The notes below the pieces were generated by a model, which saw only the letters and a program-made list of their open reading frames with translations, was not told the DNA's origin and searched no databases. A program made the translations under genes and the position numbers. A stretch of 64,000 nt of DNA from Eledone cirrhosa (Eukaryota). Shown here one piece after another: positions 33,381-46,497 of this stretch. Within the stretch, counting starts at the first letter, position 1, and the number at the start of each line of letters is the position of its first letter. The stretch lies in NCBI GenBank assembly GCA_964016885.1, contig OZ024744.1, forward strand, positions 132,618,001-132,682,000. Direction: 5' to 3'.

Positions 33381-36300
33381 CCCCGACTTAACCCCGACTT
33401 AACTTAACCCCAACTTAACTTAACCCCAACTTAACTTAACCCCAACTTGACTTAACCCCAACATAACTCACACCCAACTTAACTTACCCCCAACTTAACT
33501 TAACCCCAACTTGACTTAACCCCAACTTAACTTAACCCCAACTTAACTTAACGCCAAAGTCGGAGTTAAGTTAAGTTGGGGTTAAGCTAAGTTGGGGGTA
33601 AGTTAAGTTGAGGGTAAGTTAAATTGGGGTTAAGTTAAGTTGGGGTTGAGTGAAGTTGGGGTTAAGTTAAGTTGGGGTTAAGTTAAGTTAGGGTTAATTT
33701 AAGTTGGGGTTAAGTTAAGTTGGGGTTAACTTAAGTTGGGGTTAAGTTAAGTTGGGGTTAATTTAGGTTGGGGTTAAGTTAAGTTGGGGTTAAGATAAGT
33801 TGGGGTTAAGTTAAATTGAGATTAAGTTAACTTGGGTTTGAGTTAAGTTGGGGATAAGTCAAGTGGTGGTTATGTTAAGTTGGGGTTAAGTTAAGTTGGG
33901 GTTAAATTAAGTTGGGGTTAAGTTAAGTTGGGTGTAAGCTAAGTTGGGGTTGAGTGAAGTTGGGGTTAAGTTAAGTTGGGGTTAAGTAGAGTTGGGGTTA
34001 AGTTAAGTTGGGGTTAAGTTAAGTTGGTGTTAAGTTGGGGTTAAGTTAAGTTGGGGTTAAGTTAAGTTGGGGTTGAGTGAAGTTGGGGTTAAGTTAAGTT
34101 GGGGTTAAATTAAGTTGGGGTTAACTTAAGTTGGGTTTAAGTTAAGTTGCGGTTAAGTTAAGTTGGGGTTAAGTTAAGTTGGGGTTAAGTTAAGTCGGGG
34201 TTAAGTTAAGTTGGGGTTGAGTTAAGTTGGGGTTATTTTAAGTTGAGGTTATGTTAAGTTGGGGTTAATTTAAGTTGGGGTTAAGTTAAGTTGGGGTTAA
34301 TTTAAGTTGGGGTTAAGTTCAGTTGGGGTTAATTTAAGTTGGGGTTAAGTTAAGTTGGGTTTAAGTTAAGTTGGGGTTAAGTTAAGTTGGGGTTAAGTTA
34401 AGTTGGGTTTAAGTTAAGTTGGGGCTAAGTTAAGTTGGGTCTAATTTGAGTTGGGGTTAAGTTAAGTTGGGGTTAAGTTAAGTTGAGGTTAAATTAAGTT
34501 GGGGTTAATTAAGTTGGGGTTAAGTTAAGTTGGGGTTAAGTTAAGTTGAGGTTAAGTTAACTTGGGGTTAAGTTAAGTTGGGGTTAAGTTAAGTTGGGGT
34601 TGAGTTAAGTTGGGGTTGGGTTAAGTTGGGGTTAAGTTAAGTTGGGGTTAAGTTAAGTTGGGGTTAAGTTAAGTTGGGGTTAATTTAAGTTCGGGTTAAG
34701 TTAAGTTCGGGGTAAGCTAAGTTGGGGTTCAGTTAAATCGGGTCTAAGTTAAGTGGGAGGTTAAGTTAAGTTGGGGTTGAGTTAAGTTGTGGTTAATTTA
34801 ACTTGGGGTTAAGTTAAGTTAAGTTTGAGTTAAGTTGGGGTTAAGTTGGGGTTAAGTTACGTTGGGGTTAAGTTAAGTTGGGGTTAAGTTAAGTTGGGGT
34901 TGAGTTAAGTTGGGGTTAATTTAAGTTGGGGTTAAGTTAAGTTGGGGTTAAGTTAAGTTGGGTTTAAGTTAAGTTGGGGTTAAATTAAGTGGGGGTTAAA
35001 TTAAAGTGGGGTTAAGTTAAGTTGGGGGTAAGTTAAGTTGGGGGCAAGTTAAGTTGGTGTTAAGTTAAGTTGGGGTTAAGTTAAGTTGGGGTTAAGTTAA
35101 GTTGGGTTAAATTAAGTTGGGACTAAGTTAAGTTAGGGCTAAGTTCAGTTGGGGTAAAGTTAAGTTGGGGCTAAGTTAAGTTGGGTATAAGTTGAGTTGG
35201 GGTTAAGTTAAGTTGGGGTTAAGTTAAGTTGGGGTTAAGTTAAGTTGGGGTTAAGTTAAGTTGGGTTTAAGTTAAGTTGGGGTTAAATTAAGTGGGGGTT
35301 AAATTAAAGTGGGGTTAAGTTAAGTTGGGGGTAAGTTAAGTTGGGGGCAAGTTAAGTTGGTGTTAAGTTAAGTTGGGGTTAAGTTAAGTTGGGGTTAAGT
35401 TAAGTTGGGTTAAATTAAGTTGGGACTAAGTTAAGTTAGGGCTAAGTTCAGTTGGGGTAAAGTTAAGTTGGGGCTAAGTTAAGTTGGGTATAAGTTGAGT
35501 TGGGGTTAAGTTAAGTTGGGGTTAAGTTAAGTTGGGGTTAAATTAAGTTGGGGTTAATTAAGTTGGGGTTAAGTTAAGTTGGGGTTAAGTTAAGTTGGGG
35601 TTAATTTAAGTTGGGGTTGTGTTAATTTGGGGTTAAGTTAAGTTGGGGTTATATTAAGTTGGGTTTAAGTTAAGTTGGGGTTAAGTTAAGTTGGGGTTAA
35701 GTTAAGTTAGGGTTAATTTAAGTTGGGGTTATGTTAAGTTGGGGTTAAGTTAAGTTGGGGTTAAGTAGAGTTGGGGTTAATTTAAGTTGGGGTTAAGTTA
35801 AGTTGGTGTTAAGTTGGGGTTAAGTTAAGTTGGGGTTAAGTTGGGGTTAAGTTGAGTGGTGGTTATGTTAAGTTGGGGTTAAGTTAAGTTGGGGTTAATT
35901 TAAATTGGGGCTAAGTTAACTTTGTGGTTAAGTTAAGTTGGAGTTAAGTTGGGGTTAAGTTAAGTTGGGGTTGAGTGAAGTTGGGGTTAAGTTAAGTTGG
36001 GGTTAACTTAAGTTGGGGTTAAGTTAAGTTGGGGTTAAATTAAGTTGGGGTTAAATTAAGGTGGGGTTAAGTTAAGTTGGGGGTAAGTTAAGTTGGGGGC
36101 AAGTTAAGTTGGTGTTAAGTTAAGTTGGGGTTAAGTTAAGTTGGGGTTAAGTTAAGTTGGGTTTAAGTTAAGTTGGGACTAAGTTAAGTTAGGGCTAAGT
36201 TAAGTTGGGGTTAAGTTAAGTTGGGGCTAAGTTAAGTTGGGTCTAAGTTGAGTGGTGGTTATGTTAAGTTGGGGTTAAGTTAAGTTGGGGTTAATTTAAA

Positions 36301-37271
36301 TTGGGGTTAAGTTAAGTTGGGGTTAAGTTAAGTTGGGGTTAAATTAAGTTGGGGTTAATTAAGTTGTGGTTAAGTTAAGTTGGGGTTAAGTTAAGTTGGG
36401 GTTAATTTAAGTTGGGGTTGTGTTAAGTTGGGGTTAAGTTAAGTTGGGGATAAGTTAAGTTGGGGTTAAGTTAAGTTGGGGGTAAGTTAAGTTGGTGGTA
36501 AGTTAAGTTGGGGTTAAGTTAAGTTGGGGTTAATTTAAATTGGGGTTAATTTAACTTTGTGGTTAAGTTAAGTTGGGGTTTATTTAAGTTGGGTTTAAGT
36601 TAAGTTGGGGTTGAGTTAAGTTGGGGTTGAGTGAAGTTGGGGTTAAGTTAAGTCGGGGTTAATTTAAGTTGGGGTTGAGTTAAGTCGGGGCTAATTTAAG
36701 TTGGGGCTAAGTTAATTTGTGGTTAAGTTAAGTTGGGGTTAAGTTAAGTTGGGGTTAAGTTAAGTTGGGGGTAAGTTAAGTTGGGGGCAAGATAAGTTGG
36801 GGTTAAGTTAAGTTGCGGTTAAGTTAAGTTGGGGTTAAGTTAAGTTGGGTTTAAGTTAAGTTGGGGTTCAGTTAAGTTGGGGTTAATTTAAGTTGGGGTT
36901 AAGTTAAGTTGGGGTTGAGTTAAGTTGGGGTTTAATTAAGTTGGGGTTGAGTTAAGTTGGGGTTGAGTTAAGTGGGGGTTGAGTTAAGTTGGGGTTAAGC
37001 TAAGTTGGGGTTAAGTTAAATTGAGGTTAAGTTAACTTGGGTTTGAGTTAAGTTGGGGTTAAGTTAAGTTGGTGTTAAGTTCAGTTCAGGTTAAGTTAAC
37101 TTGGGGTTAAGTTAAGTTGGGGTTGAGTTAAGTTGGGGTTGAGTTAAGTTGGGGTTAAGTTAAGTTGGGGTTAACTTAAGTTGGGGTTAAGTTAAGTTGG
37201 GGTTAATTTAAGTTGGGGTTCAGTTAAATTGAGGTTAAGATAACTTGGGTTTGCGTTAAGATGGGGTTAAG
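33381..37271 (+). repeat. Satellite B block B3, short type (3891 bp); inverted island 33381-33557
   Basis: Same length and variant order as B2; pivot at 33556. Confidence 0.95.
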
Positions 37272-40200
37272 TTAGGTTTTTCGAAAACCTTATATAATCA
37301 TTTTTATTTAGGTTCTTCGAAACACCTTATATAATCAATTTTTTTAGGTTTTTCGAAAAACCTTATATAATCAATTTTTTAATACTTTTAGAAATATTTA
37401 TATATGATTTCAAATATTGATTTTATTAGGTTTTTGGAATAATCAATTTTTTTTACGTTTTTCGAAAAATGTTATATAATCAATTTTTTTTAGGTTTTTC
37501 GAATCAATTCAATTTTTATAATCAAATATTTTTAGGTTTTTAGAAAAACCTTATATAATCAAATTTTTTTAGGTTTTTCGAAAAACCTTATATAATTAAT
37601 TTTTTTATACTTTTAGAAATATTTATATCTGATTTCAAATATTGGATTTTTTAGGTTTTTCGATAATCAATTTTTTTTAGATTTTTCGAAAAATCTTATA
37701 TCAATTTTTTTACGTTTTTAGAAAGACCTTATATAATCAATTTTTTCATACTTTTAGAAATATTTATATCTGATTTCAAATATTGATTTTTTTTTTAGGT
37801 TTTTCGAAATACCTTATATAATCAATTTTTTTTAGGTTTTTCAAATTACTTTATATAATCAATTTTTTTTATCTGATTTCAAATATTGATTTTTTAGCTT
37901 TTTCGACAAAATCTTATATAATCAATTTTTTTTAGGTTTTTCGAAAAAGAATGAATTTGAGTTCATAGTCGAAATATATACTTCTGCATTAATCTTTTTA
38001 CGTTTTTTTTATTTTTTTTAAAAAAACGTAAAAAATTAATGCTTTTACAAATCTTTTGAAATATTTACTTTCTAGTTTCAAATTTTGCAGATTAAATTTT
38101 TCTCGAAAAACCTAAAAAATCAGTTGTCGAAATCAGAAGTTAATATTTCGAAAAACGCAATTTGAAAAACTCATATTAATTTTCTTTCGAAAACATTATA
38201 TAATCAATTTTTTAGAAATATTTATATCTGATTTCAAATATTGATTTTTTTAGGTTTTTCGAAAACCCTATATAATCAATTTTTTTGTACTTTTAGAAAT
38301 ATCTATATCTGATTTCATGTATTGATTTTTTTATATTTTTCGAAAAATCTTATATAATCAATTTTTTTACGTTTTTAAAAAAACCTTATATAATCAATTT
38401 TTTTTAGGTTTTTCGAAAAACCTTATATAATCAATTTTTTTATGTTTTTTAGAAAAATCTTATATAATCAATTTTTTTACGTTTTTAGAAATATTTATAT
38501 CTGATTTCAAATATTGATTTTTTTTAGATTTTTCGAAATACCTTATATAATCAATTTTTTTTAGGTTTTTCAAATTACCTTATATAATCAATTTTTTTTA
38601 TCTGATTTCAAATATTGATTTTTTTAGCTTTTTCGACAAAATCTTATATAATCAATTTTTTTTAGGTTTTTCGAAAAAGAATGAATTTGAGTTCATAGTC
38701 GAAATATATACTTCTGCATTAATCTTTTTACGTTTTTTTGATTTTTTTTAAAAAAACGTAAAAAATTAATGCTTTTACAAATCTTTTGAAATATTCACTT
38801 TCTAGTTTCAAATTTTGCAGATTAAATTTTTCTCGAAAAACCTAAAAAATCAGTTGTCGAAATCAGAAGTTAATATTTCGTAAAACGCAATTTGAAAAAC
38901 TCATTAATTTTTTTTCGAAAACTTATTATATAATCAATTTTTTTATACTTTTAGAAATATTTATATCTGATTTCAAATATTGATTTTTTTAGGTTTTTCG
39001 AAAACCCTATATAATCAATTTTTTTGTACTTTTAGAAATATCTATATCTGATTTCATGTATTGATTTTTTTATATTTTTCGAAAAAGCTTAGATAATCAA
39101 TTTTTTTAGGTCTTTCGAAAACATTATATAATCAATTTTTTTACGTTTTTAGAAAAACCTTATATAATCAATTTTTTTTAGGTTTTTCGAAAAACCTTAT
39201 ATAATCAATTTTTTTATGTTTTTTCGAAAAATCTTATATAATCAATTTTTTTACGTTTTTAGAAATATTTATATCTGATTTCAAATATTGATTTTTTTTA
39301 GATTTTTCGAAATACCTTATATAATCAATTTTTTTTAGGTTTTTCAAATTACCTTATATAATCAATTTTTTTTATCAGATTTCAAATATTGATTTTTTTA
39401 GCTTTTTCGACAAAATCTTATATAATCAATTTTTTTTAGGTTTTTCGAAAAAGAATGAATTTGAGTTCATAGTCGAAATATATACTTCTGCATTAATCTT
39501 TTTACGTTTTTTTGATTTTTTTTAAAAAAACGTAAAAAATTAATGCTTTTACAAATCTTTTGAAATATTTACTTTCTAGTTTCAAATTTTGCAGATTAAA
39601 TTTTTCTCGAAAAACCTAAAAAATCAGTTGTCGAAATCAGAAGTTAATATTTCGAAAAACGCAATTTGAAAAACTCATATTAATTTTTTTTCGAAAACAT
39701 TATATAATCAATTTTTTTTTAGGTTTTTCGAAAAAACCTTATATAATCAATTCTTTTTTTGGTTTTTTCGAAAAATCTTATATAATCAATTTTTTTACGT
39801 TTTTAGAAAAACCTTATATAATCAATTTTTTTTAGATTTTTCAAAAAACCTTATATAATCAATTTTTTTTAGGTTTTTCGAAAAACCTTATATAATCAAT
39901 TTTTTTTGTTTTTTTGAAAAATCTTATATAATCAATTTTTTTACGTTTTTAGAAATATTTATATCTGATTTCAAATATTGATTTTTTTTAGGTTTTTCGA
40001 AAAACCTTATATAATCAATTCTTTTTTTGGTTTTTTCGAAAAATCTTATATAATCAATTTTTTTACGTTTTTAGAAAAACCTTATATAATCAATTTTTTT
40101 TAGATTTTTCAAAAAACCTTATATAATCAATTTTTTTACGTTTTTAGAAAGACCTTATATAATCAATTTTTTCATACTTTTAGAAATATTTATATCTGAT

Positions 40201-42622
40201 TTCAAATATTGATTTTTTTTTTAGGTTTTTCGAAATACCTTATATAATCAATTTTTTTTAGGTTTTTCAAATTACTTTATATAATCAATTTTTTTTATCT
40301 GATTTCAAATATTGATTTTTTTAGCTTTTTCGACAAAATCTTATATAATCAATTTTTTTTAGGTTTTTCGAAAAAGAATGAATTTGAGTTCATAGTCGAA
40401 ATATATACTTCTGCATTAATCTTTTTACGTTTTTTTGATTTTTTTTAAAAAAACGTAAAAAATTAATGCTTTTACAAATCTTTTGAAATATTTACTTTCT
40501 AGTTTCAAATTTTGCAGATTAAATTTTTCTCGAAAAACCTAAAAAATCAGTTGTCGAAATCAGAAGTTAATATTTCGTAAAACGCAATTTGAAAAACTCA
40601 TTAATTTTTTTTCGAAAACTTATTATATAATCAATTTTTTTATACTTTTAGAAATATTTATATCTGATTTCAAATATTGATTTTTTTAGGTTTTTCGAAA
40701 ACCCTATATAATCAATTTTTTTGTACTTTTAGAAATATCTATATCTGATTTCATGTATTGATTTTTTTATATTTTTCGAAAAAGCTTAGATAATCAATTT
40801 TTTTAGGTCTTTCGAAAACCTTATATAATCAATTTTTTTTTAGGTTTTTCGAAAAAACCTTATATGATCAATTTTTTTTAGGTTTTTTCTAAAAATCTTA
40901 TATAATCAATTTTTTTTAGGTTTTTCGAAAAACCTTATATAATCAATTTTTTTTGTTTTTTCGAAAAATCTTATATAATTAATTTTTTTACGTTTTTAGA
41001 AATATTTATATCTGATTTCAAATATTGATTTTTTTTAGATTTTTCGAAATACCTTATATAATCAATTTTTTTTAGGTTTTTCAAATTACCTTATATAATC
41101 AATTTTTTTTATCAGATTTCAAATATTGATTTTTTTAGCTTTTTCGACAAAATCTTATATAATCAATTTTTTTTAGGTTTTTCGAAAAAGAATGAATTTG
41201 AGTTCATAGTCGAAATATATACTTCTGCATTTTTACGTTTTTTTGATTTTTTTTAAAAAAACGTAAAAAATTAATGCTTTTACAAATCTTTTGAAATATT
41301 TACTTTCTAGTTTCAAATTTTGCAGATTAAATTTTTCTCGAAAAACCTAAAAAATCAGTTGTCGAAATCAGAAGTTAATATTTCGAAAAACGCAATTTGA
41401 AAAACTCATATTAATTTTTTTTCGAAAACATTATATAATCAATTTTTTAGAAATATTTATATCTGATTTCAAATATTGATTTTTTTAGGTTTTTCGAAAA
41501 CCCTATATAATCAATTTTTTTGTACTTTTAGAAATATCTATATCTGATTTCATGTATTGATTTTTTTATATTTTTAGAAAAAGCTTAGATAATCAATTTT
41601 TTTAGGTCTTTCGAAAACCTTATATAATCAATTTTTTTTTAGGTTTTTCGAAAAAACCTTATATAATCATTATTTTTTAGGCTTTTTCGAAAAATCTTAT
41701 ATAATCAATTTTTTTACGTTTTTCGAAAAAACTTATATAATCAATTTTTTTTAGGTTTTTCAAAAAACCTTATATAATCAATTTTTTTTAGGTTTTTCGA
41801 AAAACCTTATATAATCAATTTTTTTTGTTTTTTCAAAAAATCTTATATAATCAATTTTTTTACGTTTTTAGAAATATTTATATCTTATTTCAAATATTGA
41901 TTTTTTTTAGATTTTTCGAAATACCTTATATAATCAATTTTTTTTAGGTTTTTCAAATTACCATAAGGTAATTTGAAAAACCTAAAAAAAATTGATCTGA
42001 TTTCAAATATTGATTTTTTTAGCTTTTTCGACAAAATCTTATATAATCAATTTTTTTTAGGTTTTTCGAAAAAGAATGAATTTGAGTTCATAGTCGAAAT
42101 ATATACTTCTGCATTAATCTTTTTACGTTTTTTTGAAAAAATTAATGCTTTTACAAATCTTTTGAAATATTTACTTTCTAGTTTCAAATTTTGCAGATTA
42201 AATTTTTCTCGAAAAACCTAAAAAATCAGTTGTCGAAATCAGAAGTTAATATTTCGTAAAACGCAATTTGAAAAACTCATATTAATTTTTTTTCGAAAAC
42301 TTATTATATAATCAATTTTTTTATACTTTTAGAAATATTTATATCTGATTTCAAATATTGATTTTTTTAGGTTTTTCGAAAACCCTATATAATCAATTTT
42401 TTTGTACTTTTAGAAATATCTATATCTGATTTCATGTATTGATTTTTTTATATTTTTCGAAAAGGCTTAGATAATCAATTTTTTTTAGGTTTTTTCGAAA
42501 AATCTTATATAATCAATTTTTTTACGTTTTTAGAAATATTTATATCTGATTTCAAATATTGATTTTTTTTAGATTTTTCGAAATACCTTATATAATCAAT
42601 TTTTTTTAGGTTTTTCAAATTA
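37272..42622 (+). repeat. Satellite A block A4 (5351 bp, 6 modules)
   Basis: Same junctions; six landmark copies. Confidence 0.95.
41933..41996. repeat. Perfect inverted repeat, 30-bp arms (A4)
   Basis: CAAATTACC-ATAA-GGTAATTTG core with full arms. Confidence 0.92.
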
Positions 42623-45600
42623 CCCCGACTTAACCCCGACTTAACTTAACCCCAACTTAACTTAACCCCAACTTAACTTAACCCCAACTTGACTTAACCC
42701 CAACATAACTCACACCCAACTTAACTTACCCCCAACTTAACTTAACCCCAACTTGACTTAACCCCAACTTAACTTAACCCCAACTTAACTTAACGCCAAA
42801 GTCGGAGTTAAGTTAAGTTGGGGTTAAGCTAAGTTGGGGGTAAGTTAAGTTGAGGGTAAGTTAAATTGGGGTTAAGTTAAGTTGGGGTTGAGTGAAGTTG
42901 GGGTTAAGTTAAGTTGGGGTTAAGTTAAGTTAGGGTTAATTTAAGTTGGGGTTAAGTTAAGTTGGGGTTAACTTAAGTTGGGGTTAAGTTAAGTTGGGGT
43001 TAATTTAGGTTGGGGTTAAGTTAAGTTGGGGTTAAGATAAGTTGGGGTTAAGTTAAATTGAGATTAAGTTAACTTGGGTTTGAGTTAAGTTGGGGATAAG
43101 TCAAGTGGTGGTTATGTTAAGTTGGGGTTAAGTTAAGTTGGGGTTAAATTAAGTTGGGGTTAAGTTAAGTTGGGTGTAAGCTAAGTTGGGGTTGAGTGAA
43201 GTTGGGGTTAAGTTAAGTTGGGGTTAAGTAGAGTTGGGGTTAAGTTAAGTTGGGGTTAAGTTAAGTTGGTGTTAAGTTGGGGTTAAGTTAAGTTGGGGTT
43301 AAGTTAAGTTGGGGTTGAGTGAAGTTGGGGTTAAGTTAAGTTGGGGTTAAATTAAGTTGGGGTTAACTTAAGTTGGGTTTAAGTTAAGTTGCGGTTAAGT
43401 TAAGTTGGGGTTAAGTTAAGTTGGGGTTAAGTTAAGTCGGGGTTAAGTTAAGTTGGGGTTGAGTTAAGTTGGGGTTATTTTAAGTTGAGGTTATGTTAAG
43501 TTGGGGTTAATTTAAGTTGGGGTTAAGTTAAGTTGGGGTTAATTTAAGTTGGGGTTAAGTTCAGTTGGGGTTAATTTAAGTTGGGGTTAAGTTAAGTTGG
43601 GTTTAAGTTAAGTTGGGGTTAAGTTAAGTTGGGGTTAAGTTAAGTTGGGTTTAAGTTAAGTTGGGGCTAAGTTAAGTTGGGTCTAATTTGAGTTGGGGTT
43701 AAGTTAAGTTGGGGTTAAGTTAAGTTGAGGTTAAATTAAGTTGGGGTTAATTAAGTTGGGGTTAAGTTAAGTTGGGGTTAAGTTAAGTTGAGGTTAAGTT
43801 AACTTGGGGTTAAGTTAAGTTGGGGTTAAGTTAAGTTGGGGTTGAGTTAAGTTGGGGTTGGGTTAAGTTGGGGTTAAGTTAAGTTGGGGTTAAGTTAAGT
43901 TGGGGTTAAGTTAAGTTGGGGTTAATTTAAGTTCGGGTTAAGTTAAGTTCGGGGTAAGCTAAGTTGGGGTTCAGTTAAATCGGGTCTAAGTTAAGTGGGA
44001 GGTTAAGTTAAGTTGGGGTTGAGTTAAGTTGTGGTTAATTTAACTTGGGGTTAAGTTAAGTTAAGTTTGAGTTAAGTTGGGGTTAAGTTGGGGTTAAGTT
44101 ACGTTGGGGTTAAGTTAAGTTGGGGTTAAGTTAAGTTGGGGTTGAGTTAAGTTGGGGTTAATTTAAGTTGGGGTTAAGTTAAGTTGGGGTTAAGTTAAGT
44201 TGGGTTTAAGTTAAGTTGGGGTTAAATTAAGTGGGGGTTAAATTAAAGTGGGGTTAAGTTAAGTTGGGGGTAAGTTAAGTTGGGGGCAAGTTAAGTTGGT
44301 GTTAAGTTAAGTTGGGGTTAAGTTAAGTTGGGGTTAAGTTAAGTTGGGTTAAATTAAGTTGGGACTAAGTTAAGTTAGGGCTAAGTTCAGTTGGGGTAAA
44401 GTTAAGTTGGGGCTAAGTTAAGTTGGGTATAAGTTGAGTTGGGGTTAAGTTAAGTTGGGGTTAAGTTAAGTTGGGGTTAAGTTAAGTTGGGTTTAAGTTA
44501 AGTTGGGGTTAAATTAAGTGGGGGTTAAATTAAAGTGGGGTTAAGTTAAGTTGGGGGTAAGTTAAGTTGGGGGCAAGTTAAGTTGGTGTTAAGTTAAGTT
44601 GGGGTTAAGTTAAGTTGGGGTTAAGTTAAGTTGGGTTAAATTAAGTTGGGACTAAGTTAAGTTAGGGCTAAGTTCAGTTGGGGTAAAGTTAAGTTGGGGC
44701 TAAGTTAAGTTGGGTATAAGTTGAGTTGGGGTTAAGTTAAGTTGGGGTTAAGTTAAGTTGGGGTTAAATTAAGTTGGGGTTAATTAAGTTGGGGTTAAGT
44801 TAAGTTGGGGTTAAGTTAAGTTGGGGTTAATTTAAGTTGGGGTTGTGTTAATTTGGGGTTAAGTTAAGTTGGGGTTATATTAAGTTGGGTTTAAGTTAAG
44901 TTGGGGTTAAGTTAAGTTGGGGTTAAGTTAAGTTAGGGTTAATTTAAGTTGGGGTTATGTTAAGTTGGGGTTAAGTTAAGTTGGGGTTAAGTAGAGTTGG
45001 GGTTAATTTAAGTTGGGGTTAAGTTAAGTTGGTGTTAAGTTGGGGTTAAGTTAAGTTGGGGTTAAGTTGGGGTTAAGTTGAGTGGTGGTTATGTTAAGTT
45101 GGGGTTAAGTTAAGTTGGGGTTAATTTAAATTGGGGCTAAGTTAACTTTGTGGTTAAGTTAAGTTGGAGTTAAGTTGGGGTTAAGTTAAGTTGGGGTTGA
45201 GTGAAGTTGGGGTTAAGTTAAGTTGGGGTTAACTTAAGTTGGGGTTAAGTTAAGTTGGGGTTAAATTAAGTTGGGGTTAAATTAAGGTGGGGTTAAGTTA
45301 AGTTGGGGGTAAGTTAAGTTGGGGGCAAGTTAAGTTGGTGTTAAGTTAAGTTGGGGTTAAGTTAAGTTGGGGTTAAGTTAAGTTGGGTTTAAGTTAAGTT
45401 GGGACTAAGTTAAGTTAGGGCTAAGTTAAGTTGGGGTTAAGTTAAGTTGGGGCTAAGTTAAGTTGGGTCTAAGTTGAGTGGTGGTTATGTTAAGTTGGGG
45501 TTAAGTTAAGTTGGGGTTAATTTAAATTGGGGTTAAGTTAAGTTGGGGTTAAGTTAAGTTGGGGTTAAATTAAGTTGGGGTTAATTAAGTTGTGGTTAAG

Positions 45601-46497
45601 TTAAGTTGGGGTTAAGTTAAGTTGGGGTTAATTTAAGTTGGGGTTGTGTTAAGTTGGGGTTAAGTTAAGTTGGGGATAAGTTAAGTTGGGGTTAAGTTAA
45701 GTTGGGGGTAAGTTAAGTTGGTGGTAAGTTAAGTTGGGGTTAAGTTAAGTTGGGGTTAATTTAAATTGGGGTTAATTTAACTTTGTGGTTAAGTTAAGTT
45801 GGGGTTTATTTAAGTTGGGTTTAAGTTAAGTTGGGGTTGAGTTAAGTTGGGGTTGAGTGAAGTTGGGGTTAAGTTAAGTCGGGGTTAATTTAAGTTGGGG
45901 TTGAGTTAAGTCGGGGCTAATTTAAGTTGGGGCTAAGTTAATTTGTGGTTAAGTTAAGTTGGGGTTAAGTTAAGTTGGGGTTAAGTTAAGTTGGGGGTAA
46001 GTTAAGTTGGGGGCAAGATAAGTTGGGGTTAAGTTAAGTTGCGGTTAAGTTAAGTTGGGGTTAAGTTAAGTTGGGTTTAAGTTAAGTTGGGGTTCAGTTA
46101 AGTTGGGGTTAATTTAAGTTGGGGTTAAGTTAAGTTGGGGTTGAGTTAAGTTGGGGTTTAATTAAGTTGGGGTTGAGTTAAGTTGGGGTTGAGTTAAGTG
46201 GGGGTTGAGTTAAGTTGGGGTTAAGCTAAGTTGGGGTTAAGTTAAATTGAGGTTAAGTTAACTTGGGTTTGAGTTAAGTTGGGGTTAAGTTAAGTTGGTG
46301 TTAAGTTCAGTTCAGGTTAAGTTAACTTGGGGTTAAGTTAAGTTGGGGTTGAGTTAAGTTGGGGTTGAGTTAAGTTGGGGTTAAGTTAAGTTGGGGTTAA
46401 CTTAAGTTGGGGTTAAGTTAAGTTGGGGTTAATTTAAGTTGGGGTTCAGTTAAATTGAGGTTAAGATAACTTGGGTTTGCGTTAAGATGGGGTTAAG
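42623..46497 (+). repeat. Satellite B block B4, short type (3875 bp); inverted island 42623-42799
   Basis: Same variant order as B2/B3 but one 16-mer shorter near 44450-44490; pivot at 42798. Confidence 0.95.
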